16,589 nucleotides of DNA from contig JBBQPO010000131.1 of assembly GCA_038217285.1 (NCBI GenBank), positions 1 through 16,589 of the forward strand. The letters run 5' to 3'. This document shows, piece after piece, positions 8,375-16,073 of the stretch (within the stretch, counting starts at the first letter, position 1; every line of letters starts with the position of its first letter). Origin of the DNA: Chthonomonadales bacterium (lineage in GTDB: Bacteria > Armatimonadota > Chthonomonadetes > Chthonomonadales > Chthonomonadaceae). The position numbers were made by a program, and so were the translations under genes. Below the pieces are notes generated by a model. That model did no database searches, was not told the DNA's origin, and saw nothing but the letters and a program-made list of their open reading frames with translations.

Positions 8375-9292
8375 TCATTCGGAGGGTTCGGCTCCGAGGG
8401 TGACGGCGATATGGGCGATCTCACCGCCGCGCAGGAGGTGAACCTGGACCTGCCGCCCGGCGGGCTGCGAGCGCAGACAACGGCGCAGGTCGCTTGCATC
8501 GGTCAAAGTTCGGTCGTCGAGTCCGAGCAGGGTATCGCCGAGCATCAATTTGCCCTTATCCGCCGGGCCATCCTCTTCGATTCCGACGAGGATAAGCGCG
8601 TGAGCCTGCTGCAGTCCGAGACGCTCGCGCACGCTCTCCGGCAGGGTCACGACCTGTGTGCGGATGCCGAGGTAGCCGCGCTGCACCCGGCCTCGCGCCA
8701 GAATCGCTTCCACGACATGCGCCACCGTCGGTGTGCCGAGCGCCACGCTGCGACCCCGCCCATAGCCCAGATTGCAGAGTCCGATCAACTTCCCGCGCAT
8801 ATCCACCAGCGGCCCCCCGGAGAAGCCGGGATAGAAGGTCGCGTCGGTATGGAGAATATACTCTGGGTTGCCGCCGCTCTGCGTTTCGATGCGAGCGTTC
8901 AGCAGGCCCAGCGTTACTTCGAGACCGTGTGTGCCCGGCCGGCCGAGGGCCAGCGCAAACTGCCCGGCCGTCGCATCCGTCGGACCCGCAAGCTCGATGG
9001 CGGGCAGACCCGTCGCTTCCACTTTCAGCACCGCCAGATCGGTATCGTGGTCGCGTCCGATCAAGGTGGCGACATGGCGCGAGCCGTCCGCCAACTCGAT
9101 GGCCAGGTCGTCGTCGCGTTCGACGCCGTGCGACGTCGTCACGACGACGCCTTCCGCCGACCAGAGAGTTCCGGTCGCCGTCAGACGGGTTCCGTCATCG
9201 ACGCGCACGACGGTCGGAGCGATACGCTCCACCAGGTCCGCGAGCTCGGAGGAGAGGCTGTGCAGCAGGGTATGGGTTGTTTCCGGTGTCAT
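8375..9292 (-). CDS. S1C (HtrA/DegP-like) trypsin serine protease with one PDZ domain, no signal peptide
   Basis: Triad TTSHGV / DTDLAVL / PGFSGGPL and PDZ RGYLGI...GPADKG.L..GD. RBS-like GAAGGGG lies 8 nt upstream of the ATG. Confidence 0.92.
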   Translation of the reverse strand: MTPETTHTLLHSLSSELADLVERIAPTVVRVDDGTRLTATGTLWSAEGVVVTTSHGVERDDDLAIELADGSRHVATLIGRDHDTDLAVLKVEATGLPAIELAGPTDATAGQFALALGRPGTHGLEVTLGLLNARIETQSGGNPEYILHTDATFYPGFSGGPLVDMRGKLIGLCNLGYGRGRSVALGTPTVAHVVEAILARGRVQRGYLGIRTQVVTLPESVRERLGLQQAHALILVGIEEDGPADKGKLMLGDTLLGLDDRTLTDASDLRRCLRSQPAGRQVQVHLLRGGEIAHIAVTLGAEPSE

Positions 9293-9477
9293 GATCGAGA
9301 CCCCTTCATTATTAATAACGTGCCGCGACTCTCTTCCTTACGTACCGACAACATCGGGCGTTCGCGGCTATGGACTACAGGATACCGCCTGCACCCGCCT
9401 GCGCGCATCGCCCGGAGGAACGGTTTTGGCTCCTGCTCGAATGGGCAGGCTTTCCACCTCGTTGGCGCGGACGCCCC

Positions 9478-9507
9478 TTGACCGTTCGCAGGTTCCTGCC
9501 GTACAAT
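9478..9507 (+). promoter_or_regulatory. Sigma70-type promoter of hisS
   Basis: TTGACC (9478-9483), 18-nt spacer, TACAAT (9502-9507), about 60 nt upstream of the ATG. Confidence 0.65.
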
Positions 9508-9565
9508 ACGTGCTATCCAGGAGGCTTGTAGAAGCCTCTAATCCATTTCTTTGCCGAGGCTTTTC

Positions 9566-10861
9566 ATGAAATACGCCGCTCCGCCCTATATGAACGATGT
9601 TCTGCCCTATCCGTCCGCGAAGGACGGCTGGCTGCATACGATACGATGGCGTTATGTCGAAACCGTCTTTCGGGAGACCTGCCGCCGGTACGGCTATCTG
9701 GAGATACGAACGCCGATTCTGGAGCAGACGGATCTGTTCAAGCGCAGTATCGGCGAGGCGACGGACATCGTGTCGAAAGAGATGTTCACCTTCACCGACC
9801 GGGGCGACCGCAGCCTGACGCTGAAGCCGGAAGGCACGGCCCCGACGGTGCGCGCCTGCCTGGAACACAAACTTTTTGCCGAGCATCCTGTCCTGAAGCT
9901 CTACTATGTCGGGCAGAACTTCCGCTATGAGCGTGGGCAGAAGGGGCGTTACCGACAGCATCAGCAGTTGGGAGTGGAGGCGTTCGGCGCGTCCGACCCT
10001 GCGATCGATGCCGAGGTCATCCTGCTGGCGATGGAGTTTTATCGGGCGCTGGGCGTGGTCGATCAGGAGCTGCATATCAATTCGGTCGGAACCGCTGCGT
10101 CGCGCCCCGCCTATCGTGAGGCGCTGCGCGACTATGTGCGCCCGTTCCTGGCGGAGATGAGCGCGGAGGGGCAGAGCCGCTTCGAGGCGAACCCCCTACG
10201 AATGCTCGACACCAAGGATGAGAACGATCTGCGCCTGCTGGCCGAAGCGCCGCGCCTTGTCGATTTTCTGGACGAGGAGAGCCGTGCCCACTTCGAAACG
10301 CTGCAAGCCTATCTGACGGCGGCGGGAGTGCCTTACACCATCGATCACCGCCTGGTGCGCGGCTTCGACTACTACTCGAAAACCTGTTTCGAAATCATCG
10401 GCACGAAGTTAGGCTCGCAAAATGCGCTGGGCGGCGGCGGCCGCTACGATGGTCTGGTCGAGGAGTGCGGTGGGCCGTCCACGCCCGGCATCGGCTTCGG
10501 GCTGGGCATGGAGCGCTGCCTGATCGTGCTCGACGCGCTGGGAATCCGGCTGCCTGTGGAAGATGAGCGCCCGCTGGTCTTCCTGGTCACGCTCGGCGAC
10601 GAGGCGAAAGTGCGTCCCACAGCGGTCAAACTCCTCGCGGGCCTCCGCGCCGCCGGTATCGCCGCCGACATGGACTATCGCAGCCGCAAGTTCGGCCAAC
10701 AGGCCAAACACGCCGACGAGCTGGGCGCGCGGTATCTGCTCGTGCTGGGAGACGGCGAACTTGAACGCGGCGTCGTCGGCCTCCGCGACCAGACGACCAA
10801 AGAGCAGAACGATGTGCCGCTCGCCGAAGTCATCACCCATATGCAACAACTCTCCGTCTGA
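9566..10861 (+). CDS. hisS: Histidine--tRNA ligase
   Basis: EIRTPILE, DIVSKEMF, LKPEGTAP, motif 2 FRYERGQKGRYRQHQQLGVE, HisA LVRGFDYY, GGGGRYDGL, motif 3 GFGLGMER, and an anticodon-binding C-terminus. ATG 9566 preferred over TTG 9551. Confidence 0.98.
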   Translation: MKYAAPPYMNDVLPYPSAKDGWLHTIRWRYVETVFRETCRRYGYLEIRTPILEQTDLFKRSIGEATDIVSKEMFTFTDRGDRSLTLKPEGTAPTVRACLEHKLFAEHPVLKLYYVGQNFRYERGQKGRYRQHQQLGVEAFGASDPAIDAEVILLAMEFYRALGVVDQELHINSVGTAASRPAYREALRDYVRPFLAEMSAEGQSRFEANPLRMLDTKDENDLRLLAEAPRLVDFLDEESRAHFETLQAYLTAAGVPYTIDHRLVRGFDYYSKTCFEIIGTKLGSQNALGGGGRYDGLVEECGGPSTPGIGFGLGMERCLIVLDALGIRLPVEDERPLVFLVTLGDEAKVRPTAVKLLAGLRAAGIAADMDYRSRKFGQQAKHADELGARYLLVLGDGELERGVVGLRDQTTKEQNDVPLAEVITHMQQLSV

Positions 10862-10878
10862 ACGTATCGGATCTCTTC

Positions 10879-12021
10879 ATGCTCCTCTATCAGGTTGTGA
10901 TTACATTGATGGTGTTGGGCTTCGTCGGGATGGTTGCGCGGAATCTGCGTGACTATGCTCTCGCTCCTCCCGATGCCGTGCCGCCGCGCCCGGAGGAGAC
11001 GCTGTTCGTGCTGATCCCGGCACGGGACGAGGCGGAGAATATCGCGGAGTGCGTCGAGGGCTGGCTGCGGCAGGAGGGAACGGCGTTACGACTGCTGGTG
11101 CTGGACGACGCCTCGACGGATGGAACCGACCGGATCGTTGCGGAGATCGCGGCGCGCGACACGCGCGTCAGCCTGCTGCGGGGAGAGCCCAAGCCTGCGG
11201 GCTGGGCTGGCAAGGTCTGGGCATGCCGACAGCTCGGGGACGCGGCTCTGGCGCAGGGTTCGTCCTGGCTGCTCTTCGTGGATGCCGACACCCGCGCCCG
11301 ACCCGGACTGGCGACTGCGGCGCTGCACCACGCCCAGACCACCGGCGCGGACATGGTCAGCACCTTCCCCTATCAGACCACCGGCACGTTTGCGGAGCGG
11401 GTCGTCCTGCCGATGCTGCACTTTCTGATCCTGACCTTCCTGCCCGTGCGGATGGTCTGGGAGTCGCCGTTCCCGCAGCTCGTCGCGGCCTGCGGGCAGT
11501 TCGAGTTGTTCGCAGCGGACGCATACCGGGCTGTCGGGGGGCATGCCGCCCTTCCGACCTCTTTCCACGACGGCCTGCAACTGGCGCGGCGCATCAAAGC
11601 CTCCGGGCGCTCGGTGCGGCTCTTCGACGGCAGCGACAAAATCTCCTGTCGGATGTACGCGGGGGGCCGCGCCGTCTGGAACGGCTTTACCCGCAACGCC
11701 TACGAAGGTCTCGGCAGCGTCGGCGCGCTCGTCACCATGACCGTGCTGCAGATCGTCGTCTTCCTCGCGCCGTTCCTCTTTCTTCTCTACGCTCTGGGTT
11801 TCTGGCAGGAGCAGGGCCATCTGCCGCTCTGGGGCGTCCTCTGCGCCGTTCAGGTGAGCCTTATTTTGCTCCTCCGTCTCCTCCAGGCACGACGCTTCGG
11901 ACACTATGAATCGGTGCTGCTGCATCCGCTCTCCATCGTCCTGATGGTCGCGATACAGTGGGCGTCGTTCTGGAAGACCCTCCGCAAAACCCCCGTCGTC
12001 TGGAAAGGCCGTTCCTACTGA
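10879..12021 (+). CDS. Membrane GT2 glycosyltransferase (CrtQ/CruC/HpnB-like)
   Basis: N-terminal TM, LIPARDE, LDDASTDGT, GWAGKVWAC, FVDAD (DxD), CGQF, Y...GGH, CRMY...WNGFTRN, and three C-terminal TM helices. Confidence 0.88.
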   Translation: MLLYQVVITLMVLGFVGMVARNLRDYALAPPDAVPPRPEETLFVLIPARDEAENIAECVEGWLRQEGTALRLLVLDDASTDGTDRIVAEIAARDTRVSLLRGEPKPAGWAGKVWACRQLGDAALAQGSSWLLFVDADTRARPGLATAALHHAQTTGADMVSTFPYQTTGTFAERVVLPMLHFLILTFLPVRMVWESPFPQLVAACGQFELFAADAYRAVGGHAALPTSFHDGLQLARRIKASGRSVRLFDGSDKISCRMYAGGRAVWNGFTRNAYEGLGSVGALVTMTVLQIVVFLAPFLFLLYALGFWQEQGHLPLWGVLCAVQVSLILLLRLLQARRFGHYESVLLHPLSIVLMVAIQWASFWKTLRKTPVVWKGRSY

Positions 12022-13556
12022 TCTCGTTCGTGATCGGTGCGAGCCTGCCACCAGGCCCGCAGGAGCCGTCGCGCGGCGTCCCGATCCTTCTCCGAGAGCC
12101 GCCCCTCGATGATCTCGTTCACCAGGAACTCTTTGGCGGCTTTCAGGGGCGGCCCCGGCCCGATGCCCAGCGTCTCCATGATGACGTCACCGTTGAGCGG
12201 GCTCTCCATGTGCGCGATGTCGGAGAGGGCGTTCAGGGCGTCGATGCGCGCCCGAAGCTCTTCGAGGTCCGCTGCCTGATCGGGCGGAATGTCCACCGCA
12301 GACCGGTCGCTTCGCGTCAGCACGAACAGGTCATCGAGGTAGGAGCCACAGTCGCGAATCAACCGCTTCACCGGCACATCCGACCACTCGTGCCGATACT
12401 CCCCGAGCCGCATATGCTTCGCGACGAGGACCGTGACGTCGCGTATCTCCTCGTTGGAGAACTTCAGCCGATTCATCATCGTCCGCACTATCTCCGCCCC
12501 CACCGTCGGATGCCCGTAAAATCGCACGGCTCCACCGCCTGCCTCCGCCTCTTTCGAATCCGCGACAGGAAGGAGGGGAACCGCGCTTGTTGCGGCTCCT
12601 TCTGAAATCGGAGACGCAGGTTCCGAAACCGGCATCACGATAGATCTCGTGGCGGGCTTTCCGATGTCGTGCCAGAGCAGGGCCAGTCTCACCTCCAGGC
12701 GCGCAGCGTCCGGGAGACATTCCAGCGCCGTCAGCGTGTGGGTCCAGACGTCGTAGCGATGCCAGTCGCCCTGGGTGCAGCCGACCATCGGCAGCATCTC
12801 CGGCAGAAACCGCTCCAGCAGATTCGATTCCAGCAGCAGCTCCATGCCACGCCGAAACTTCGCGCCGGGCAGCTTCGCGATCTTGACGAACTCTTCCCGA
12901 ATACGTTCGTAGGCGATGGTCGGCGGGCGCAGGCGTTCGGCCTCCGCGCAGATCGCCTCCCAGGTCTCCGCCTCGATTTCGAAGCCGAAGCGCGCGGCGA
13001 ACCGAACGGCACGGAGCATGCGCAGAGGGTCGTCGAAAAAGGTGAGGCGCGGGGCGAGCGGCGTCCGGAGGATACCGGCGTGAAGGTCGGCGAAGGCGCG
13101 GCCTGTCAGGTCGAGCAACTCGCCCGTATGGAGATTTTCGAGGAGGGTGTTGATCGTGAAGTCGCGACGCCGCACATCGTCCTGAATCGTGCTCTGCCGC
13201 ACCTCCGGTTTCCGCGAGTCGGGCTGATAACTCTCGGCCCGCGCCGACACCAACTCCACGGCGCTCCCAGCCTCGTCTGCCCTGCCGATATGAATCATGG
13301 CGGTGCCGAAGCGGGGATAGAGCACAGGATAGTGCGAGGAGAGTCCGCGCTCGTACAGGAACTTCGCCAGCTCCAGCGCATCGCCTTCGAGAACGAGGTC
13401 CAGATCGTTGGCGAGCGGCAGACCCAGCGTCCGGTCGCGCAGCAGCCCTCCGACCAGATAGAGACGGCCTTCGTAGGGGGTGCCGCGCGTCGCGACGCGC
13501 ATACGTTCGAGCGAACGCTGCGCGGTCTGTTCCGGGTTGTCGTCCTGTCGTGCCAT
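12015..13556 (-). CDS. cca: Class II tRNA nucleotidyltransferase (CCA-adding type) with HD domain
   Basis: YLVGGLLRD...DLDLV, FGTA, SARAESY...RKP, DDVRRRDFTIN, DDPLRMLRAVRF, ERIREE, HD motif WHDIGKP. Converges on the GT2 gene with a 7-nt overlap. CCA-, CC- or A-adding specificity is not verified. Confidence 0.9.
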   Translation of the reverse strand: MARQDDNPEQTAQRSLERMRVATRGTPYEGRLYLVGGLLRDRTLGLPLANDLDLVLEGDALELAKFLYERGLSSHYPVLYPRFGTAMIHIGRADEAGSAVELVSARAESYQPDSRKPEVRQSTIQDDVRRRDFTINTLLENLHTGELLDLTGRAFADLHAGILRTPLAPRLTFFDDPLRMLRAVRFAARFGFEIEAETWEAICAEAERLRPPTIAYERIREEFVKIAKLPGAKFRRGMELLLESNLLERFLPEMLPMVGCTQGDWHRYDVWTHTLTALECLPDAARLEVRLALLWHDIGKPATRSIVMPVSEPASPISEGAATSAVPLLPVADSKEAEAGGGAVRFYGHPTVGAEIVRTMMNRLKFSNEEIRDVTVLVAKHMRLGEYRHEWSDVPVKRLIRDCGSYLDDLFVLTRSDRSAVDIPPDQAADLEELRARIDALNALSDIAHMESPLNGDVIMETLGIGPGPPLKAAKEFLVNEIIEGRLSEKDRDAARRLLRAWWQARTDHERDQ

Positions 13557-13563
13557 AGACGTC

Positions 13564-13593
13564 AGTATACGGCAGTAGCCGCAGCATGGTCAA
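13564..13593 (-). promoter_or_regulatory. Sigma70-type promoter of cca, probably leaderless
   Basis: Minus strand TTGACC (13593-13588), 18 nt, TATACT (13569-13564), 7 nt, ATG. No Shine-Dalgarno. Confidence 0.7.
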
Positions 13594-13629
13594 GGGTCAA
13601 CGGGTCGGAAACCAGCGTGGACACGAGGT

Positions 13630-14544
13630 CTAGCGCTTCGCTCTTGCCTCGGCCACGCGTTTCAGCAGGCTGTCGGCCTTCTCTTCCGCAACGAAAAAGG
13701 CGTTGCCGGTACCAGGGGTGGGATCGGTCAGCTCGATGGGCGCCAGGGCGTCGGCGAAGGCGAAGGCACGATATTGCCGCGCCTTGAAGAAAGCAAACAC
13801 ATCCAGAAAGGAGTGCCCGAACTGCGGCATCAGCCCCGCGTTGAACTCCCCGTAGAGGGTGGGCCTGTGCGCCGTGATAAAGCCCGCCGCCCCGTTCAGA
13901 AACAGCATCTCCGCGCCTTCGATGTCCACCTTCATAAAGTCCACTTTCGCGATTCCCTCCTGTTCGGCGAGGGTATCGAGACGGGTCAAGGTGCAGGAGA
14001 CGCGTGTGAAGCCCGCAGCATCCCCGACGATCTCGCTCGCGATCGCGTTGCCAGTGTGAGAACCGTGCGCGGTCTCCAGAGAAATCTCCAGCGTACCTTC
14101 GTGGTCGCCCAGGGCGACGTTGTAGGCGCGCGCGATCTTTTCCAGACCGTTGAGTTTGAGATTGGCCGTCAGGCGTTTGTAGTTCGCTGGGATCGGTTCG
14201 AAGGAGATCAGTTCGCCGCTCCCCAGTGCCGCCAGATGGCAGCCCACCGGGATGGAGATCAGGCCGACATTCGCGCCGACATCGAAAACGGTATCGCCGG
14301 GCAGAATGCACGCCCGGAAAAACGCGACATCGTCTTCATCGAATTCGCCGTTCCAGAAGGGGCCGCCTTCGGTGCGACTGCGGGGATCAAGCAGCATCCG
14401 GTGTCCGGCACGCATCGGCACCTCCGTCACCGTCGGATTGCCGGACGGGATCAGGTGATCGGTGATCAGACGTCCGACCATGGCTTTGCTGCGACCGGGC
14501 GGCAGCAGCCGCGCGAACTTATTCAGACTGGCTAACAGCGGCAT
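13630..14544 (-). CDS. FkbM-family SAM-dependent methyltransferase
   Basis: VFDVGANVG, SFEPIPANY, NVALGD, TRLD, FMKVDIEGAE. ATG 14544 is preceded by GAGGAG, so the ORF-track start at 14604 is likely too long. Confidence 0.92.
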   Translation of the reverse strand: MPLLASLNKFARLLPPGRSKAMVGRLITDHLIPSGNPTVTEVPMRAGHRMLLDPRSRTEGGPFWNGEFDEDDVAFFRACILPGDTVFDVGANVGLISIPVGCHLAALGSGELISFEPIPANYKRLTANLKLNGLEKIARAYNVALGDHEGTLEISLETAHGSHTGNAIASEIVGDAAGFTRVSCTLTRLDTLAEQEGIAKVDFMKVDIEGAEMLFLNGAAGFITAHRPTLYGEFNAGLMPQFGHSFLDVFAFFKARQYRAFAFADALAPIELTDPTPGTGNAFFVAEEKADSLLKRVAEARAKR

Positions 14545-14689
14545 TTCTCTCCTCTTCGCTCTCGAACTTGCCAAAATAGTCTGCAGCGATACCCTCGCCG
14601 ACAACGACCGACTCGATTTTACCCCACAAAGGAGGAGTTCCGTCCAAAAAGAGGGGGACGCAGCGTGAATACACGTTTGGCCGGTTATT

Positions 14690-14698
14690 TGCTATACT
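14690..14698 (+). promoter_or_regulatory. Extended -10 promoter element for the acyltransferase genes
   Basis: TG-c-TATACT about 130 nt upstream of ATG 14827. No clear -35. Confidence 0.5.
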
Positions 14699-14826
14699 CT
14701 ATGCGTACCCTGCAAGGGAATTGGCACCGCAGCCTCAGACCGCAAGACCGTTCCTTCGGCATTCTGCCGTGTCACTTCTGTTTTCACCTTTTGGCAGGTG
14801 AAGGCCGTTTCAAGGAGAGTTCGACT

Positions 14827-16011
14827 ATGCTTTCTCCCGAGTCCGCTCCGACGGACAAGAGGGCCCGCCTCGACTATATCGACGGACTGCGCGGCATCGC
14901 CATCCTGCTGGTCCTTATGACCCATATCTGGACCCTCTCCGGAGCCCCTGCCTATCCGATTCACTTTGGCAAGATCCGTTTTCTGCTGGCGACTATTCCG
15001 GCCGTCGGCTATATAGGCGTCGATCTCTTCCTGGTGCTCAGCGGCTTCTGTCTGGCGTGGCCGTTTATGATCAATCCCGGCTACCGGGATCGCAATACGA
15101 TCTGGCAGTTCTGGAAACGACGCGTGATTCGCATCGTGCCGGCCTACTACGCCAGTATCCTCTTTGTGTTTCTGATCTGCTTTGCCTCCGTGGCCTTGCT
15201 GAAAATGCTGCCCGCCCATCTGACCGCCGGGAAGCCGACCACGATCAACGAGATACCTGCCCTGAACGAGATAGGGCCGCATCTGTTGCTTATCCACAAT
15301 CTGTCGTCGCAGCATGCGAGCACCCTCAACGGAAGCTACTGGTCGCTTGGCCTGGAGTTTCAACTCTACTTCCTGTTCCCCCTCCTGCTGGAACTGAGTA
15401 TCCGCTGGGGCGTCTGGCGAACCCTCGCTGTCGTGCTTCTGATCCAACTGGCGTTCAGTATCGCGGTTCATTCCGTCATCGATCCTGTCTCGTTAGAAGG
15501 ATATGAGTTCGTGCTGCAAAAGTCCGTCTTCGCCCGGGTGTTCGAATTCTGCGCGGGCATCGCAGCCGCCCATGTGGTCGCGAAACATGCCGGGACGTCC
15601 CACTGGCTGACGGCGGGAAAAGGGCTGGGGTTGGGCCTCCTCGCGCTGGGAACAGGCTTTGCGCTCGTGAACCTTTTCCCGCATGTCGACACCATCGTCG
15701 ATGTCCTCTGGGCCGTGGGCTTCGCTCTGCTCTTGTGCGCCGGATGCAAAGCCGGTTCCGTGCAGCACCGATTCCTGAGCCATAAGATTCTGGTTCGCAT
15801 CGGCGTTATGTCGTCCAGCATCTATCTGATTCATGTGCCCCTGGTCGAGCGGTTCAGCTATCTGACGCGGCTCGTGATCCGTCCGGGCTCGGCATTTATT
15901 ATCGGGATCGTCATCGGAGCGCCTCTGATCATCCTGGTCGGCGCGCTCTTTTTCCGACTGGTGGAAGAGCCCGCCCTCAAGCTCAATCGCAAGCCGAAGG
16001 TTGCGGCCTGA
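14827..16011 (+). CDS. Acyltransferase-3 (OafA/YrhL-like) integral membrane O-acyltransferase
   Basis: RLDYIDGLRGIAILLVLMTH, GVDLFLVLSGF, FWKRRVIRIVPAY, WSLGLEFQLY, SSSIYLIH, LVEEP. About 10 TM segments and no SGNH domain. AAGGAG RBS before ATG 14827. Confidence 0.93.
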   Translation: MLSPESAPTDKRARLDYIDGLRGIAILLVLMTHIWTLSGAPAYPIHFGKIRFLLATIPAVGYIGVDLFLVLSGFCLAWPFMINPGYRDRNTIWQFWKRRVIRIVPAYYASILFVFLICFASVALLKMLPAHLTAGKPTTINEIPALNEIGPHLLLIHNLSSQHASTLNGSYWSLGLEFQLYFLFPLLLELSIRWGVWRTLAVVLLIQLAFSIAVHSVIDPVSLEGYEFVLQKSVFARVFEFCAGIAAAHVVAKHAGTSHWLTAGKGLGLGLLALGTGFALVNLFPHVDTIVDVLWAVGFALLLCAGCKAGSVQHRFLSHKILVRIGVMSSSIYLIHVPLVERFSYLTRLVIRPGSAFIIGIVIGAPLIILVGALFFRLVEEPALKLNRKPKVAA

Positions 16012-16073
16012 TCACAGCGCAGCCCGTTCCAAAGCTGTCGGACGTCCGTTTTTTCATGGAGAGACACAACCTA

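Noticed and set aside
9293..9565. T-box riboswitch or tRNA upstream of hisS
   Set aside because: No T-box consensus, terminator or cloverleaf seen; the predicted leader is only about 50 nt.
14641..14662. CGTCC-N10-GGACG hairpin with GGGACGCA, reminiscent of a c-di-GMP-I riboswitch
   Set aside because: Lacks the GGCAAAC/GNRA-receptor elements and lies upstream of the predicted promoter.
14665..14826. N-terminal extension of the first acyltransferase, and fkbM extension 14545-14604
   Set aside because: Good SD sequences support ATG 14827 and ATG 14544, and the acyltransferase extension runs over a predicted promoter element.
16039..16054. CGGACGTCCG palindrome followed by T6, a possible terminator between the acyltransferases
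   Set aside because: The stem is only 3-4 bp once a loop is allowed, too weak to call.
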